Origin: Octopus vulgaris
Lineage: Eukaryota
Reading direction: 5' to 3'
Assembly: GCA_951406725.2 (NCBI GenBank)
Contig: OX597814.1
Location: forward strand, 224,006,001-224,070,000
Length of the DNA stretch: 64,000 bases
This document shows positions 63,537 to 64,000 of this stretch, piece by piece (the stretch's first letter is position 1; every line of letters begins with the position of its first letter). Made by a program: the position numbers and the translations under genes. The notes beneath the pieces are model-generated. The model saw only the letters and a program-made list of their open reading frames with translations, did no database searches and was not told the origin of the DNA.

Positions 63537-64000
63537 TTGTATATAATGTAAGAGAGAGGGGGAGAAGAGAGAGGGGGAAGATGAGATAGGGGGAGAGGAG
63601 AGAGAGGGAGAAAGAAAGGATAGACAAAACCTGGAGGTATAAATAAAGAGTTTAATACAAACAGAAGGGGACATAAAGTGAAGAGGAGGATAATAGAGAA
63701 AAGGGAAAAGAAAGTAAGGTGATGAAGAGATAGAAAGAAGAGAAAAGGAAAGAAAAAAGAGGGAGAAATTGTTAAAAGAGAAAAAATTAAAATAAAAAGT
63801 AACGAAAGTAAAAATTTCTTAAACATAGTAAAAAAAAAACCCAATGAAAGGAATCAAGAAATGTTGAGATTTTTGGAGCCAGTTTCATGACAAGTTTCCT
63901 GGTTACCAATGTCTGCAGGAAAAAAAATACCTCCTAAAAAAGAGAGTGGAGGGAGAGGGAGAGAATTAGTGTATGTGTGAAAGAGAAGGATTTAGTTTTT

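Larger units (their letters stand above)
7714..64000 (-). other. Probable large intron upstream of the laminin gamma exon
   Basis: No upstream LN-domain exon recognised; the region is almost entirely repeats. A short exon could have been missed by eye. Confidence 0.7.

Noticed and set aside
63540-63840. Hydrophobic F/L/S-rich ORFs
   Set aside because: GA-rich low-complexity tract.

Overview
AT-rich eukaryotic genomic DNA. The repeat complement looks like that of a coleoid cephalopod, most likely Octopus; this is recognition from memory, not a database result. Only one host coding exon is supported: a 302-bp minus-strand exon (7412-7713) encoding part of the laminin N-terminal (LN) domain of a laminin gamma chain, with canonical splice sites. 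The rest appears to be intron of that gene (at least 56 kb upstream and at least 7.4 kb downstream). It is filled with tRNA-headed SINEs, 3' stubs of RTE, CR1 and Dong/R4 LINEs, non-autonomous Helitrons, TTAA-flanked piggyBac-type MITEs, Penelope-type hammerhead-like motifs, minisatellites and microsatellites. Nearly all other listed ORFs are repeat artefacts. The most notable structures are: (1) a tRNA-headed fold-back element carrying a minimal hammerhead motif, plus a second hammerhead-like family with a CUGUNGA core; (2) an 8+ copy 184-bp array grown from a SINE; (3) a TSD-flanked three-module chimeric SINE; (4) a 183-bp inverted duplication with only 2 mismatches, attached to a retro-insertion; (5) reciprocal MITE/retroelement nesting; (6) several pre-miRNA-sized hairpins. 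Family labels A-G are my own working names.
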